From NCBI GenBank assembly GCA_963710605.1, contig CAVQBA010000007.1, forward strand, positions 288,001 to 352,000: a stretch of DNA of 64,000 nt, written 5' to 3'. The DNA comes from an uncultured cyanobacterium (lineage in GTDB: Bacteria; Cyanobacteriota; Cyanobacteriia; Cyanobacteriales; Cyanobacteriaceae). The notes below the pieces were generated by a model. The model saw only the letters and a list, made by a program, of their open reading frames with translations. It made no database searches and had not been told where the DNA came from. Of the stretch, positions 31,964 to 41,918 are shown one piece after another (the stretch's first letter is position 1; each line of letters opens with the position of its first letter). Both the position numbers and the translations under genes were made by a program.

Positions 31964-32124
31964 TATAGCAATTATCACCATTATAAAGTACACTTGCGAT
32001 CCCCCGCTCATCCCTATCCCCCTCTATCCCCCGCGCGTTCGGGGGAAGATAAGCAGATGCTTCGCTTTTATGTCTGGGGACTTGGAAATAAAAAATGTAC
32101 CTCGTAAATATGGGAAAGGCTATA
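31964..32124. mobile_element. MITE-like element with degenerate 29-bp TIRs
   Basis: Left TATAGCAATTATCACCATTATAAAGTACA, right TGTACCTCGTAAATATGGGAAAGGCTATA; internal GC-rich CCCCC...GGGGG palindrome. Confidence 0.65.
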
Positions 32125-32316
32125 TCAAAACTAACTAATAATTAATACTCACTATAAAAGCTGAAAACTAGTTTGTTTTTAAGATAAATTTTGTTAAATA
32201 ATCAACCGCAGAAAATAAAGAAAAAATGGAAGAGTCTAATAGTTATAAAATTCAAAAATATATAGGGATAATTAGTTTAAAAAAACGATCGATTTACTCT
32301 ACTTTCTGATTATTAA

Positions 32317-33258
32317 TTATTCCACCGTTACACCATGAGGACACATTTGAGTAATCCAAAAATCTAAATTAGGATCATTAATTTGTTGTTTAACTGTAGC
32401 GGTAACTGTTTGGGCTTGTTCTTTTGTCTCACACAAAGCGAACACAGTGGGGCCTGAGCCAGACATCATTGCCCCTAAAACATTTTGAGCCTTAAAAGTA
32501 TCAATTAGGGAGGCAACGGCTGGATATTCGTTTAAAACAATCTTTTCTAAATCATTACGTAACAAACTACCTACTTTAGTCGTATTTTGCTCGGCAATAG
32601 CTTTAACTATATCTCCAGTATGGATTAAATCACTACGATGGGTCAAATCTTGAGGATTAGTAACATAAAGATGATTAAATTGCTCTCGATAACTTTTGTA
32701 TGCCCAAGGGGTAGAAACAGTTAGATTACTGTATTTAGCTAAAATAACGTACATATTAGTTAAGTCTGGTAAGGGAGTTATTTTTTCTCCTCTACCTGTA
32801 GCGATCGCAGTACTACCTGAAACACAAAAGGCTACATCAGAACCGAGTGAAGCGGACAAATCACGTAATTCAGGTTGAGTTAATCCTAAAGACCAAATTA
32901 AATTTATCCCAACTAAAACAGCGGCCGCATTAGTCGAGCCACCTGCTAAACCTGCGGCAACGGGAATATTTTTTTCAATGACAATATCTAATCCGCCTAA
33001 ATTGTTACTAACAGTCGCAAAATTTTTTTGCATCAAACGAGCGGCTTTGTAGGCTAAATTAGTTTCATCAAGAGGTACTAATGAGTTTTCACACTCAAGT
33101 CTAATTTTATCGGTACCATTGGCTCTAAGATGGATGATATCGCCTAAAGTGACACTTTGCATAATCATCACTAATTCATGATAACCATCAAGACGATCGC
33201 CGAGTATTTCTAAATGAAGATTAATTTTTGCCGGTGCGAATAAAGAGTAAGATTGCAT
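32317..33258 (-). CDS. ispE: 4-diphosphocytidyl-2-C-methyl-D-erythritol kinase
   Basis: APAKINLHL, KNIPVAAGLAGGS and MMSGSGPTVF motifs. Confidence 0.97.
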   Translation of the reverse strand: MQSYSLFAPAKINLHLEILGDRLDGYHELVMIMQSVTLGDIIHLRANGTDKIRLECENSLVPLDETNLAYKAARLMQKNFATVSNNLGGLDIVIEKNIPVAAGLAGGSTNAAAVLVGINLIWSLGLTQPELRDLSASLGSDVAFCVSGSTAIATGRGEKITPLPDLTNMYVILAKYSNLTVSTPWAYKSYREQFNHLYVTNPQDLTHRSDLIHTGDIVKAIAEQNTTKVGSLLRNDLEKIVLNEYPAVASLIDTFKAQNVLGAMMSGSGPTVFALCETKEQAQTVTATVKQQINDPNLDFWITQMCPHGVTVE

Positions 33259-33309
33259 AGAATATAAATGATGAACTATATATACTTAAAGCCAAAATAA
33301 CAATAACAT

Positions 33310-33597
33310 ATGAGTCGTGACCAAAAACATCCCCTTGCTCATCTCGATAGAGTAATAATTAAAAAAGCATTTGTGGAGGGTAAAACTGATTATAATTTAG
33401 CCGAAATTGCTAGATTAAAAATACGTTATCATAATTTTCCCGGTGCTAGAGATGTTCAACACGATCTAGATTCTATTTTAGAACAATGGGAGATGAGTCC
33501 AGAAGAATTATTTGCGACTACTCGAAATTTACATCAAAACAAAGGTATCTACGGACGTAAAAAAACCCTAACTCAAGATATAGAAGATTGGAGTTAG
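33310..33597 (+). CDS. DUF3288-family protein
   Basis: DQKHP, NLAEIARLKIRYHNFPGARD and terminal EDWS. Confidence 0.85.
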   Translation: MSRDQKHPLAHLDRVIIKKAFVEGKTDYNLAEIARLKIRYHNFPGARDVQHDLDSILEQWEMSPEELFATTRNLHQNKGIYGRKKTLTQDIEDWS

Positions 33598-33602
33598 TAA
33601 TA

Positions 33603-33755
33603 GTTAAAAGTTAAGAGTTAAGAGTTAAAAGTTGAAAAAGGCAAGAGGCAAGAGTTAAATTATTAATTCTCAATTCTCTCACTGAACAATTTATACTGAG
33701 CGTAGCCGAAGTATTCTCCATTCAAAAAAACAACCTAAAACCTAAAACCTAAAAC
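33603..33755. repeat. Mixed STRR heptamers with an embedded short dispersed repeat
   Basis: GTTAAGA, GGCAAGA, AATTCTC and AAAACCT runs. TACTGAGCGTAGCCGAAGTA at about 33694-33713, with degenerate relatives near 39137 and 47576. Confidence 0.7.
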
Positions 33756-33791
33756 TTATTCAAAATCAGTAAATTTCAAACCGAGCTAAAG

Positions 33792-34298
33792 TTAAGAGAA
33801 GTATTTTTTGACTGAGGGGGGATTAATTCCTATTTCGTTTAATAGTTGTGCTTGGGTGTTTAACATATATTCGAGAGAATTATCGTCGGGATGATTGTAT
33901 CCTAACAAGTGTAATAATCCGTGACTGGCTAACCATGCTAATTCGATTTCTAAGGTATGGTTTTCTAATTTAGCTTGTTTAGTAGCAGTTTCAATTGAAA
34001 TAATAATGTCTCCTAAAACGATCGATTCTATTTCCACTATCTCAGGAAAATCATCTTCTAAACCAGCAAAAGACAACACATCAGTTGGTTTATCTTGATG
34101 ACGAAATTGTCTATTTAAAGACTGTATGTCTCGATCGTCTGTTAGCCTCAAACTAATTTCATAGGTTTTATCTGGCTCTAAATCTAAACCCAAATAATTA
34201 AACCATTGATTAAACCAATACTGCCATTGTGATTCTTCAATGTTAGTGTTTTGCGGATATAAATTTTCTAAATAAATTTCTAAATAATACTGATTCAT
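33792..34298 (-). CDS. ybeY: rRNA maturation RNase YbeY
   Basis: DKPTDVLSF, LGDIIIS and HGLLHLLGYNH motifs. Confidence 0.96.
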   Translation of the reverse strand: MNQYYLEIYLENLYPQNTNIEESQWQYWFNQWFNYLGLDLEPDKTYEISLRLTDDRDIQSLNRQFRHQDKPTDVLSFAGLEDDFPEIVEIESIVLGDIIISIETATKQAKLENHTLEIELAWLASHGLLHLLGYNHPDDNSLEYMLNTQAQLLNEIGINPPSVKKYFS

Positions 34299-34474
34299 TA
34301 AAAGTTAAAAGTTAATAGTTAAAAGTTAATAGTTAAGAATAGATCTAAAAAACAAGTTCGGTATTTAGTTTGTAAATATATTTAATTATTAATTATCCAA
34401 CTAAAGGAAGATGTTTTTAAGTATGTCTTAATGATATACTTCGATATCTTTTAAAAAAAATTGAAAAACTGGTT

Positions 34475-35812
34475 GTGAAAAACTTGTGGAATAATCCCCT
34501 AATTCAAAAATTGCTCAACAAACCAACTCGAGTTGTCTTGATTGGATATGCAGGTTATGTATTATTGACTTGGATTTTACTTTGTTTACCCTTTACTTGG
34601 AAAGCAGAGCCAATTAGTGCTTTAGATAACTTGTTTATCGCCACCTCAGCAATCAGCACTACGGGTTTAGTGACTGTTAATACCCCCGATGCCTATAACT
34701 TTTGGGGGCAATTTATTGTTGCTTGTGCATTTCAAGTAGGTGGCTTAGGTTATATGACTCTTGGCTCTTTTGTAATTTTAGCTAGAGAAAAAAACTTACC
34801 ATCTCGTAATACTGAAATTGGTGAAACAGTTTTTTCGTTACCTGATAATTTTGATCTCAAATCGTTTATTAAATATACGATTATGTTCACTTTACTCATC
34901 GAAATCGCTGGTTTTATTGGTCTGTATATTGCTTTTTCAATTGAAGATGTAGATGGTGCTTTATGGGCGGCGATATTTCATTCAATCTCTGCTTTTTGTA
35001 CCGCAGGATTTAGTGTTTTTCCTGATAGTTTGATGGGTTTTCGAGATAATCTGCTTGTCAATGTCATTATTACGCTTTTAAGTTTATTTGGTGCGATCGG
35101 TTTTATTGTCTTGTCTGATTTTTGGTTGAGTATCAAACGCCCTGATAGACAAGTTAGTTTAACAACCAAGATTATTTTATCGGCTACTTTTAGTATCATT
35201 ATTTTTGGTTGGATTTTTCTTTTTCTATTTGATGGCTCAATTACACCATTACCATTTTATTCAAGATTTTTAACTTCTGGATTTCAATCAATGACGGCGA
35301 TGACTACAGTCGGTTTTAACACTCATCCGATCGAAGATTTAACTGCCGCTTCCATACTTGTCGTCTTAATTTTAATGGTTATCGGGGCTTCTCCATCAGG
35401 AACGGGAGGAGGATTGAAAACAACATCCATATCGGCGGCGTTAGGTGCTGTTTGGTCATCTCTGACAGGACATCAAGATGTTAACTTTGGTGGTCGTCGT
35501 ATTCCTAATAATCGTATTTTGGGTGCTTTTTCAGCTTTAGTATTTTATCTCCTGATGTTTTTAGCCGGTAGTACTTTGTTACTTATGTTCCAACAAGGAC
35601 AAAACTTTGAAGATGTTATTTTTGAAGCGGCATCAGCGTTGGGTACAGTTGGTATTTCTCGTGGAATTACAGGCGATTTAACGGCTTGGGGTAAATTAGT
35701 AACGATCGCCTTAATGTTCATCGGACGTATTGGCCCGATTACTTTTGGCTTAGCCTTATTCAGTCAATCTAAACCTAGTGTTCGTTATGTTAAAGAAGAT
35801 ATTGCGATTTAA
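34475..35812 (+). CDS. ktrB: TrkH/KtrB-family potassium uptake membrane protein
   Basis: Four pore loops: SAISTTGL, SAFCTAGF, MTTVGF and SALGTVG; also PSGTGGGLKTT. Confidence 0.85.
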   Translation: MKNLWNNPLIQKLLNKPTRVVLIGYAGYVLLTWILLCLPFTWKAEPISALDNLFIATSAISTTGLVTVNTPDAYNFWGQFIVACAFQVGGLGYMTLGSFVILAREKNLPSRNTEIGETVFSLPDNFDLKSFIKYTIMFTLLIEIAGFIGLYIAFSIEDVDGALWAAIFHSISAFCTAGFSVFPDSLMGFRDNLLVNVIITLLSLFGAIGFIVLSDFWLSIKRPDRQVSLTTKIILSATFSIIIFGWIFLFLFDGSITPLPFYSRFLTSGFQSMTAMTTVGFNTHPIEDLTAASILVVLILMVIGASPSGTGGGLKTTSISAALGAVWSSLTGHQDVNFGGRRIPNNRILGAFSALVFYLLMFLAGSTLLLMFQQGQNFEDVIFEAASALGTVGISRGITGDLTAWGKLVTIALMFIGRIGPITFGLALFSQSKPSVRYVKEDIAI

Positions 35813-35911
35813 GATAAAACTTAATTTGTGATCACGCTTTTATTAATCAGCAAAAAAAGACAGCAAACAGCTAATAATTAATTTTTTACTGTAAACTGTC
35901 TTTTACTGTAG

Positions 35912-36931
35912 TTAGGACAACAACCTTGCTTGAGCAGTCGGATGAGGTAGAGAAGAAGAATTTTTTTCGTTTAAAGAATTATATAAAGCAAAACCACCGA
36001 GTGCTAGAGCAAGTATCCCTACAACCATACCAGCTATTTTTAATTTACTAGTCCCAACATTTTCTTCATCAATATCATCATCATCAGCCGGCTCTTCACT
36101 GTGGGCAAAACGGTTATAAAGAAAATCTAAAGCATAGTTACGTAATTCATAGTAACGAGGATCTTCGGTGATACGACCACGTTTACGAGGACGATCGAAA
36201 GGAATCTCAACAATTTCACCAATATTTGCGGCAGGGCCGTTTGTCATCATCACTAATCGATCGGCTAAAAATAAAGCTTCATCAATATCGTGAGTAATCA
36301 TCAGAATAGTTAGATTATGATCACGCCAAATTTCTAATAATTCTTCTTGCAATTCTTCTTTGGTAATTGCATCTAAAGCTCCAAATGGCTCATCTAAAAT
36401 AAGCACTTCAGGACGAATAGATAAAGCACGAGCGATCGCAACTCTTTGTTTCATCCCCCCTGAGATTTGAGTTGGTTTTTTTTCAGCGGCTTCGGTTAAA
36501 CCAACCATTGCCAAATGTCTTTCTACAATCTCATTTTTTTCTTCTTTACTTTTATCAGGATAAACTGTGTTAACTGCGATATAGACATTATCATAAACTG
36601 ATTTCCAAGGTAAAAGACAATAGTTCTGGAACACCATCATCCGATCAGGGCCTGGTGAAGTGATTGTCTCGTTTTTGAGTTTAACCGTTCCTGTCGTCGG
36701 TTGATTAAACCCTGAAACCATATTTAATAGAGTCGATTTACCACAGCCAGAGTGACCAATAACACAGACAAATTCTCCTTGTTTTATCTCAAGATTAACT
36801 CCATCAAGTACAACATAATCGCCATCAGGAGTTGGATAAACTTTGGAGACATCTTTGATACTGACAAAAGAACTTTTGTCTAAAGTTGAAGTTGAAGAAC
36901 TAGTCGAGTTGCTATTCATTAAAGATGACAT
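35912..36931 (-). CDS. nrtD: Nitrate/nitrite ABC transporter ATPase D with C-terminal TM tail
   Basis: GHSGCGKST, ISGGMKQR, DEPFGALDAITKEELQ and YYELRNYALDFL motifs. Confidence 0.88.
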   Translation of the reverse strand: MSSLMNSNSTSSSTSTLDKSSFVSIKDVSKVYPTPDGDYVVLDGVNLEIKQGEFVCVIGHSGCGKSTLLNMVSGFNQPTTGTVKLKNETITSPGPDRMMVFQNYCLLPWKSVYDNVYIAVNTVYPDKSKEEKNEIVERHLAMVGLTEAAEKKPTQISGGMKQRVAIARALSIRPEVLILDEPFGALDAITKEELQEELLEIWRDHNLTILMITHDIDEALFLADRLVMMTNGPAANIGEIVEIPFDRPRKRGRITEDPRYYELRNYALDFLYNRFAHSEEPADDDDIDEENVGTSKLKIAGMVVGILALALGGFALYNSLNEKNSSSLPHPTAQARLLS

Positions 36932-37033
36932 TTGGTAGTTATTTGGAGTTTATAGTTTATAGTTTACAGTTAGTTAATTAATAAGTTCAGATAAATTGCT
37001 CACAACTAAAATACAAGTTGCGATTACTGACAA

Positions 37034-39061
37034 TTATTTTTTACTAATGAGTTTGTTGTTATCGTCGATTAAAATTTCAGCTACTTGATAATCACGAGTA
37101 ATTGAGAATCTTTCTAAATAACCGATCGGATCATCAGGACTAAAGACCATTTTGTCAAATAACTCAAAGTTTTGACGATCGGGTTCAATATGGGGTATTC
37201 CTAATTGGCGACAAGCCGTACCAAAAAGATCAGGGCGACGTACTCGTTCTAAAATTTCGATCCAATTACGAGGGAAGGGAATATAACCCCAACGAGCTAA
37301 TTGAGTCAAAATCCATAAACCCTCTGCTCTACCCGGGCAGTTGGAGTGATCTACATAAAACTGATGGAATCTTAATAATGATTCAGGTTCAGTTTCCAAG
37401 TTACGAGAAAATGGTCCAACCAAACCCGGACGAATATATTCTGCTTGAACACCAACATAATCAGGTAAAGTTAGTAATTCTAATATTTCTTCACGATTAC
37501 GACGATCGTCACAATATTCACAAGCTTCAATCAAAGCTTTAACTAAAGCAATATGAGTATTAGGATGAGAGGCTATCCAATCTTCTTTGACACCCAAAAC
37601 TTTTTCAGGATGTCCGGGCCATATTTCAAAATCAGTGGCAATCACATAACCTAAATCTTCTAGTACCGCACGAGAATTCCAAGGCTCACCAACACAATAA
37701 CCATCGATGTTACCAGCTTTTAGGTTAGAAACCATTTGTGGTGGGGGAATAACCATCAAGTTGACATCTAAGTCAGGATCGATTCCACCTGAGGCTAACC
37801 AATAACGTAACATTAAGTTGTGCATCGAGGAAGGATGCACCATGCCAAAGTTATGAACTTTATCAGGAGTATGGTTTAAAGCTTGTTTAAGTTCCTCTAA
37901 ACTACTTACGCCCATTTCAGCAAATGTTTTACTCAAAGTGATAGCGTTACCATTACGACTTAAAACTAATGCTGTAACGATCGGTATAGCGGTTTGAACC
38001 CCTGCTCCTCCTACTCCTAAGGTCATACTAAAAGGCATTCCTGCTACCATTTGGGCGGCATCTAAGCGTCCTGTGGCTACCCCGTTAGCAATTTCTTTCC
38101 ATGATGGTTCACGAACTAAATTAACTTCTTCTAATCCATGAGCTTTAAAAAAACCTTTTTCTTTAGCAATAATTAAAGGTGCACAATCACTAAGAGGAAT
38201 AAAACCAATATCGAGGTTGATTTTTTCTAAACCATTTGCTTTGATTTCCAGAGTTTTTGCTTCAACTTGTCCCACTTTTTTGGAACGTTTTTGTTGATTA
38301 AGGAAGTAAACTATTTCATTACGTAAGGTGTAATATTGAGGATGATTGACTACTTCTAATCTTTTACGTGGTCTAGCCATCGGCACTTCTAATATCTGCC
38401 CGATATGTGCTTGTGGGCCTGTTGTTAGCATCACGACTCGATCGGATAACAATAGTGCTTCATCCACATCATGAGTAACCATAACGCAAGTAACCTGGTT
38501 TTCTTGAACAATCTCCATTAATTTTTCTTGGAGATTACCACGAGTAAGAGCATCTAAAGCACCAAATGGTTCATCTAAAAGCAAGACTTTGGGTTTGATT
38601 GCTAAAGCACGAGCGATCGCAACCCTTTGCTTCATCCCCCCTGATAGTTCTTCAGGACGTTTATTAGCGGCGTGTCTAAGACCAACTAAACTAATATTTT
38701 CATTGACGATCGTTCTTTTTTCTTTATCTGAACGATCTTTAAAAACTCGATTTACCGCCAAAGCGATATTTTGTCTTACAGTCAACCAAGGTAACAAAGA
38801 GTAGTTTTGAAATACAACCATTCTTTCAGGGCCTGGTTCAACTACCTCCTTTCCTTCTAAGACAACCCCTCCTGTACTAGCAGGATACAAACCCGCAATG
38901 ATATTAAGTAAGGTAGATTTACCACAACCTGAGTGACCAATCAAAGAGATAAATTCACCTTTTTGGATTTTTAAATCGATATTTTTTAAAGCAATATATT
39001 CACCACCATCGGGTAAACCAAACACTTTATCGACATTATCTATTTCTATAAAAGAAGACAT
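37034..39061 (-). CDS. nrtC: Nitrate/nitrite ABC transporter ATPase C with C-terminal regulatory binding domain
   Basis: 675 aa: ATPase plus GLEKINLDIGFIPLSDCAPL domain; the N-terminus FIEIDNVDKVF...IALKNI is NrtC-like rather than CmpC-like. Confidence 0.9.
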   Translation of the reverse strand: MSSFIEIDNVDKVFGLPDGGEYIALKNIDLKIQKGEFISLIGHSGCGKSTLLNIIAGLYPASTGGVVLEGKEVVEPGPERMVVFQNYSLLPWLTVRQNIALAVNRVFKDRSDKEKRTIVNENISLVGLRHAANKRPEELSGGMKQRVAIARALAIKPKVLLLDEPFGALDALTRGNLQEKLMEIVQENQVTCVMVTHDVDEALLLSDRVVMLTTGPQAHIGQILEVPMARPRKRLEVVNHPQYYTLRNEIVYFLNQQKRSKKVGQVEAKTLEIKANGLEKINLDIGFIPLSDCAPLIIAKEKGFFKAHGLEEVNLVREPSWKEIANGVATGRLDAAQMVAGMPFSMTLGVGGAGVQTAIPIVTALVLSRNGNAITLSKTFAEMGVSSLEELKQALNHTPDKVHNFGMVHPSSMHNLMLRYWLASGGIDPDLDVNLMVIPPPQMVSNLKAGNIDGYCVGEPWNSRAVLEDLGYVIATDFEIWPGHPEKVLGVKEDWIASHPNTHIALVKALIEACEYCDDRRNREEILELLTLPDYVGVQAEYIRPGLVGPFSRNLETEPESLLRFHQFYVDHSNCPGRAEGLWILTQLARWGYIPFPRNWIEILERVRRPDLFGTACRQLGIPHIEPDRQNFELFDKMVFSPDDPIGYLERFSITRDYQVAEILIDDNNKLISKK

Positions 39062-39189
39062 AATTTTTAATAATGGAGAATGGAAAATGGAGAATTGAGA
39101 ATAATTCTACAAACTCAGTGAACACTAATACGGATATTGAGCGAAGTTGAAATTCGGTATATCTAAATTGAGAACAATAATTGTTAGAA

Positions 39190-39210
39190 GTAGGGTGGAC
39201 AATGCCCACC
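39190..39210 (+). repeat. GTAG-type REP palindrome
   Basis: GTAGGGTGGACAATGCCCACC; degenerate relative on the minus strand at 15526-15546. Confidence 0.7.
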
Positions 39211-39249
39211 ACCACCTCAAAATTATCACTAAGAAACTAACTCGATCGA

Positions 39250-40639
39250 TTACCCTCTCATGGCAAAGAAACTAGGTTTATTAGCACGAATATCAAAACC
39301 ATTAAGATATTCAACTGGCTTACTAGGATCAAATTCTTTATTATCAATGAAAACACTAGCCGGTTCTACTTTCATTACCTCACTTGGTATATCTATACCT
39401 AAAGCCCCAGCGACTTCAGTATAAATATCTCTAGGATAAATAGTATCGATAATTTCATCAGCATTAGCCGGATATTCTCTCATATCGATTTGATTCCAAC
39501 GAATCATTTGAGTAAGTAACCATACCCCATGAGAACGCCAAGGATAGTTCGCATTATCTGGACGTGTTAGGTAGTCCGTGTCAATAAAATTAAATAAGTT
39601 AAAGTCGGGAATATCGGTGTTACGATCGGTTTCATCAAATCCACCGTAGTTATATTTTCCTAACATAGATGCTTGAGCATATTCAACTTTGGCATTTACA
39701 TAAGGACGACGAGAAATAATTTCGACGACTTCCAAACGATTTTCCGGTACATCACAGAATTGACAAGCCTCAATCACAGCCGCAACTAATGCTTTAGCTG
39801 TATTTGGGTTAGTATCAATCCACCCTTGCATTGTACCTAATACTTTTTCAGGGTGTCCATTCCAGACATCTCGATCGACTGTTGCTGTATAACCTGCACC
39901 GTCAAATACTGCTCTTTGATTCCAAGGCTCACCTACACAATACCCATCCATAGTACCTGCTTTAAGGTTTTCTACCATTTGTGGTGGTGGAATAACGATT
40001 AGTTTGACATCTTTTTCTGGATCAATTCCCATCGCACTCATCCAATAACGAGTATTGTAATTGTGCATCGAAGAAGGGAATACCATCGCAAAAGTAGGTG
40101 GTGTGCTTTGCCCTTTGATGTATTTACTATAAGCGGCTCCAAACTCATCAAAGTTAGCATAATCGATCATAGGGCGAATACCAGCATCCCACGCATTTCT
40201 CGATAATGTCATCGCATTACCGTTCAAATCTAACATCATCAACGATCGCATCGGTGCTTGTTCAGGACCTAGTTCGCTGAGCATTGGCATCCCACATAAA
40301 GCATGAGAAGCATCAAGACGACCTTTGACTAAACCATCTCTAACTGTTGCCCAACTAGCTTCTTTACTGATAGTTACGTTAAGACCATGTTTTTCAAAAA
40401 ATCCTTTCTCTTTAGCGATTACTAATGGAGCACAATCAGTTAAAGGAATAATACCAACTGTCAAATCTGTTTTTTCTAATGCTACCAAAATCTGGTGCAT
40501 CGGTACTAGTCCCTGCTGGATTTTCTGATGAATTTGAAGGTGGATTTTCTGCTGGTTGATCTGATTCTCCCGTACAAGCGGCGACTGCAAATCCTGCTGT
40601 TGCCAATCCTGAATATTTAATAAATTTGCGACAATCCAT
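39250..40639 (-). CDS. nrtA: NrtA/CmpA-family substrate-binding lipoprotein, with a 1-nt insertion near 40483
   Basis: The signal/lipobox MDCRKFIKYSGLATAGFAVAAC (ORF 40436-40639) joins DAPDFG/ALEKTDLTVGIIPLTDCAPL in the other frame; GYCVGEPWN and HPEKV motifs. Confidence 0.82.
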
Positions 40640-40705
40640 ATTTTTTTAATTTTTCTTGAGAATAATTTTAAACAATACTTGAATAATGAAAATGATAGTT
40701 AATAA

Positions 40706-41551
40706 TTAACCAACTGTTCGATCTCCAACTACTAGTTTTTGAATGAATGCTACAAATTGGTCTAACAAAAGCCCAACTACACCAATAATGATTAGTGACA
40801 AAATTACTAAACTAATTTCGCCTGTGTTATAAGTATCCCAAACGAAGAAACCGATACCTGTTGTTCCTGTAAGCATCTCTGCGGCTACAATTACCAACCA
40901 AGCAATCCCCAAGCTAAGTCTTAAGCCTGAAAAAATGTAAGGTAAAGTTGAAGGAATCATAATCTGTTTAACAACATCAAATTTAGATAAATTGAGTACT
41001 TTAGACACGTTCCAATAATCTTTAGGGATACTAGCAACTCCTAAAGCAGTATTAATCAATGTTGGCCATAATGATGTAATAACGATTACAAACACAGCAG
41101 GTGCTAATTGTCCGGGGAAGACGACAATACCGATCGGTAACCATGCTAAAGGTGAAATTGGTTTACCAATAGCTACTAAGGGCATCATCATTTTAGAAGC
41201 CTTTTCAGAAGTACCAACTAAAAAACCTAATGGTACAGCAATCAATGTAGCGATGACAAACCCGATGGCAACTCTTCCTAAACTAAATAAAGTGAGGAAG
41301 AAAATTCCTTCGTCTCCAGGAGTTAATGAAAAGGCATTTTTTAGATAAGGAATACTTTCTGTGATAGTTGTTAGAGGATTAGGTAAAACACTTAACTCGC
41401 CTTCGGTGCTTTTAGCGACTATACTCCAAATAATTACGACAGCGAATATACCTAACACAGGTAGGATTAGATTTTCTCCGTTTCTACCTAAAAATTTTCC
41501 CCAATCAACTAGAGGTTTTTTATTAACATTTGATTCTTTAGCTATACTCAT
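40706..41551 (-). CDS. nrtB: Nitrate ABC transporter permease
   Basis: PISPLAWLPI, WPTLINTALGV and GLRLSLGIAWLVIVAAEML motifs. Confidence 0.88.
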   Translation of the reverse strand: MSIAKESNVNKKPLVDWGKFLGRNGENLILPVLGIFAVVIIWSIVAKSTEGELSVLPNPLTTITESIPYLKNAFSLTPGDEGIFFLTLFSLGRVAIGFVIATLIAVPLGFLVGTSEKASKMMMPLVAIGKPISPLAWLPIGIVVFPGQLAPAVFVIVITSLWPTLINTALGVASIPKDYWNVSKVLNLSKFDVVKQIMIPSTLPYIFSGLRLSLGIAWLVIVAAEMLTGTTGIGFFVWDTYNTGEISLVILSLIIIGVVGLLLDQFVAFIQKLVVGDRTVG

Positions 41552-41724
41552 TAATTTAAGTTTTTGGTTTGATTACTTCTAATTAAAGTTATGAAAATTA
41601 AATTTGTTTTTTTCACAACCAAGGACAAATTCAGATCTCTTGTTCACGCAAAATAGCGGTGATTTTAATCTTTGATTTATTAACTTTGATGTAGTTATTT
41701 AAAACTTTTCTTTTTCTTAAGATT

Positions 41725-41738
41725 GTATTTTTTGTAAC
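41725..41738 (-). promoter_or_regulatory. Candidate NtcA-binding site upstream of the nrt operon
   Basis: Minus strand GTTACAAAAAATAC, one mismatch to GTA-N8-TAC; only a weak -10 (TTAAAT) about 22 nt downstream. Confidence 0.45.
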
Positions 41739-41918
41739 AAAATATGAATTTAATGTTAAATCAGAATTAGTTTGATGCACTAAACGAATAATAAATAGAT
41801 AAATAGATAGTTGACAATTGAACCTTATTTTTCTATGATCGCCACAAAAGTTATCCTTGCTGTTACTTCTAAGTAAATACCAGTAAATTATTATTATGGA
41901 TGATGAATTTAATTGTTT

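Noticed and set aside
37034-41551. cmpABCD bicarbonate transporter assignment
   Set aside because: The C subunit looks NrtC-like and an NtcA-like site lies upstream, so nitrate/nitrite is favoured, though not proven.
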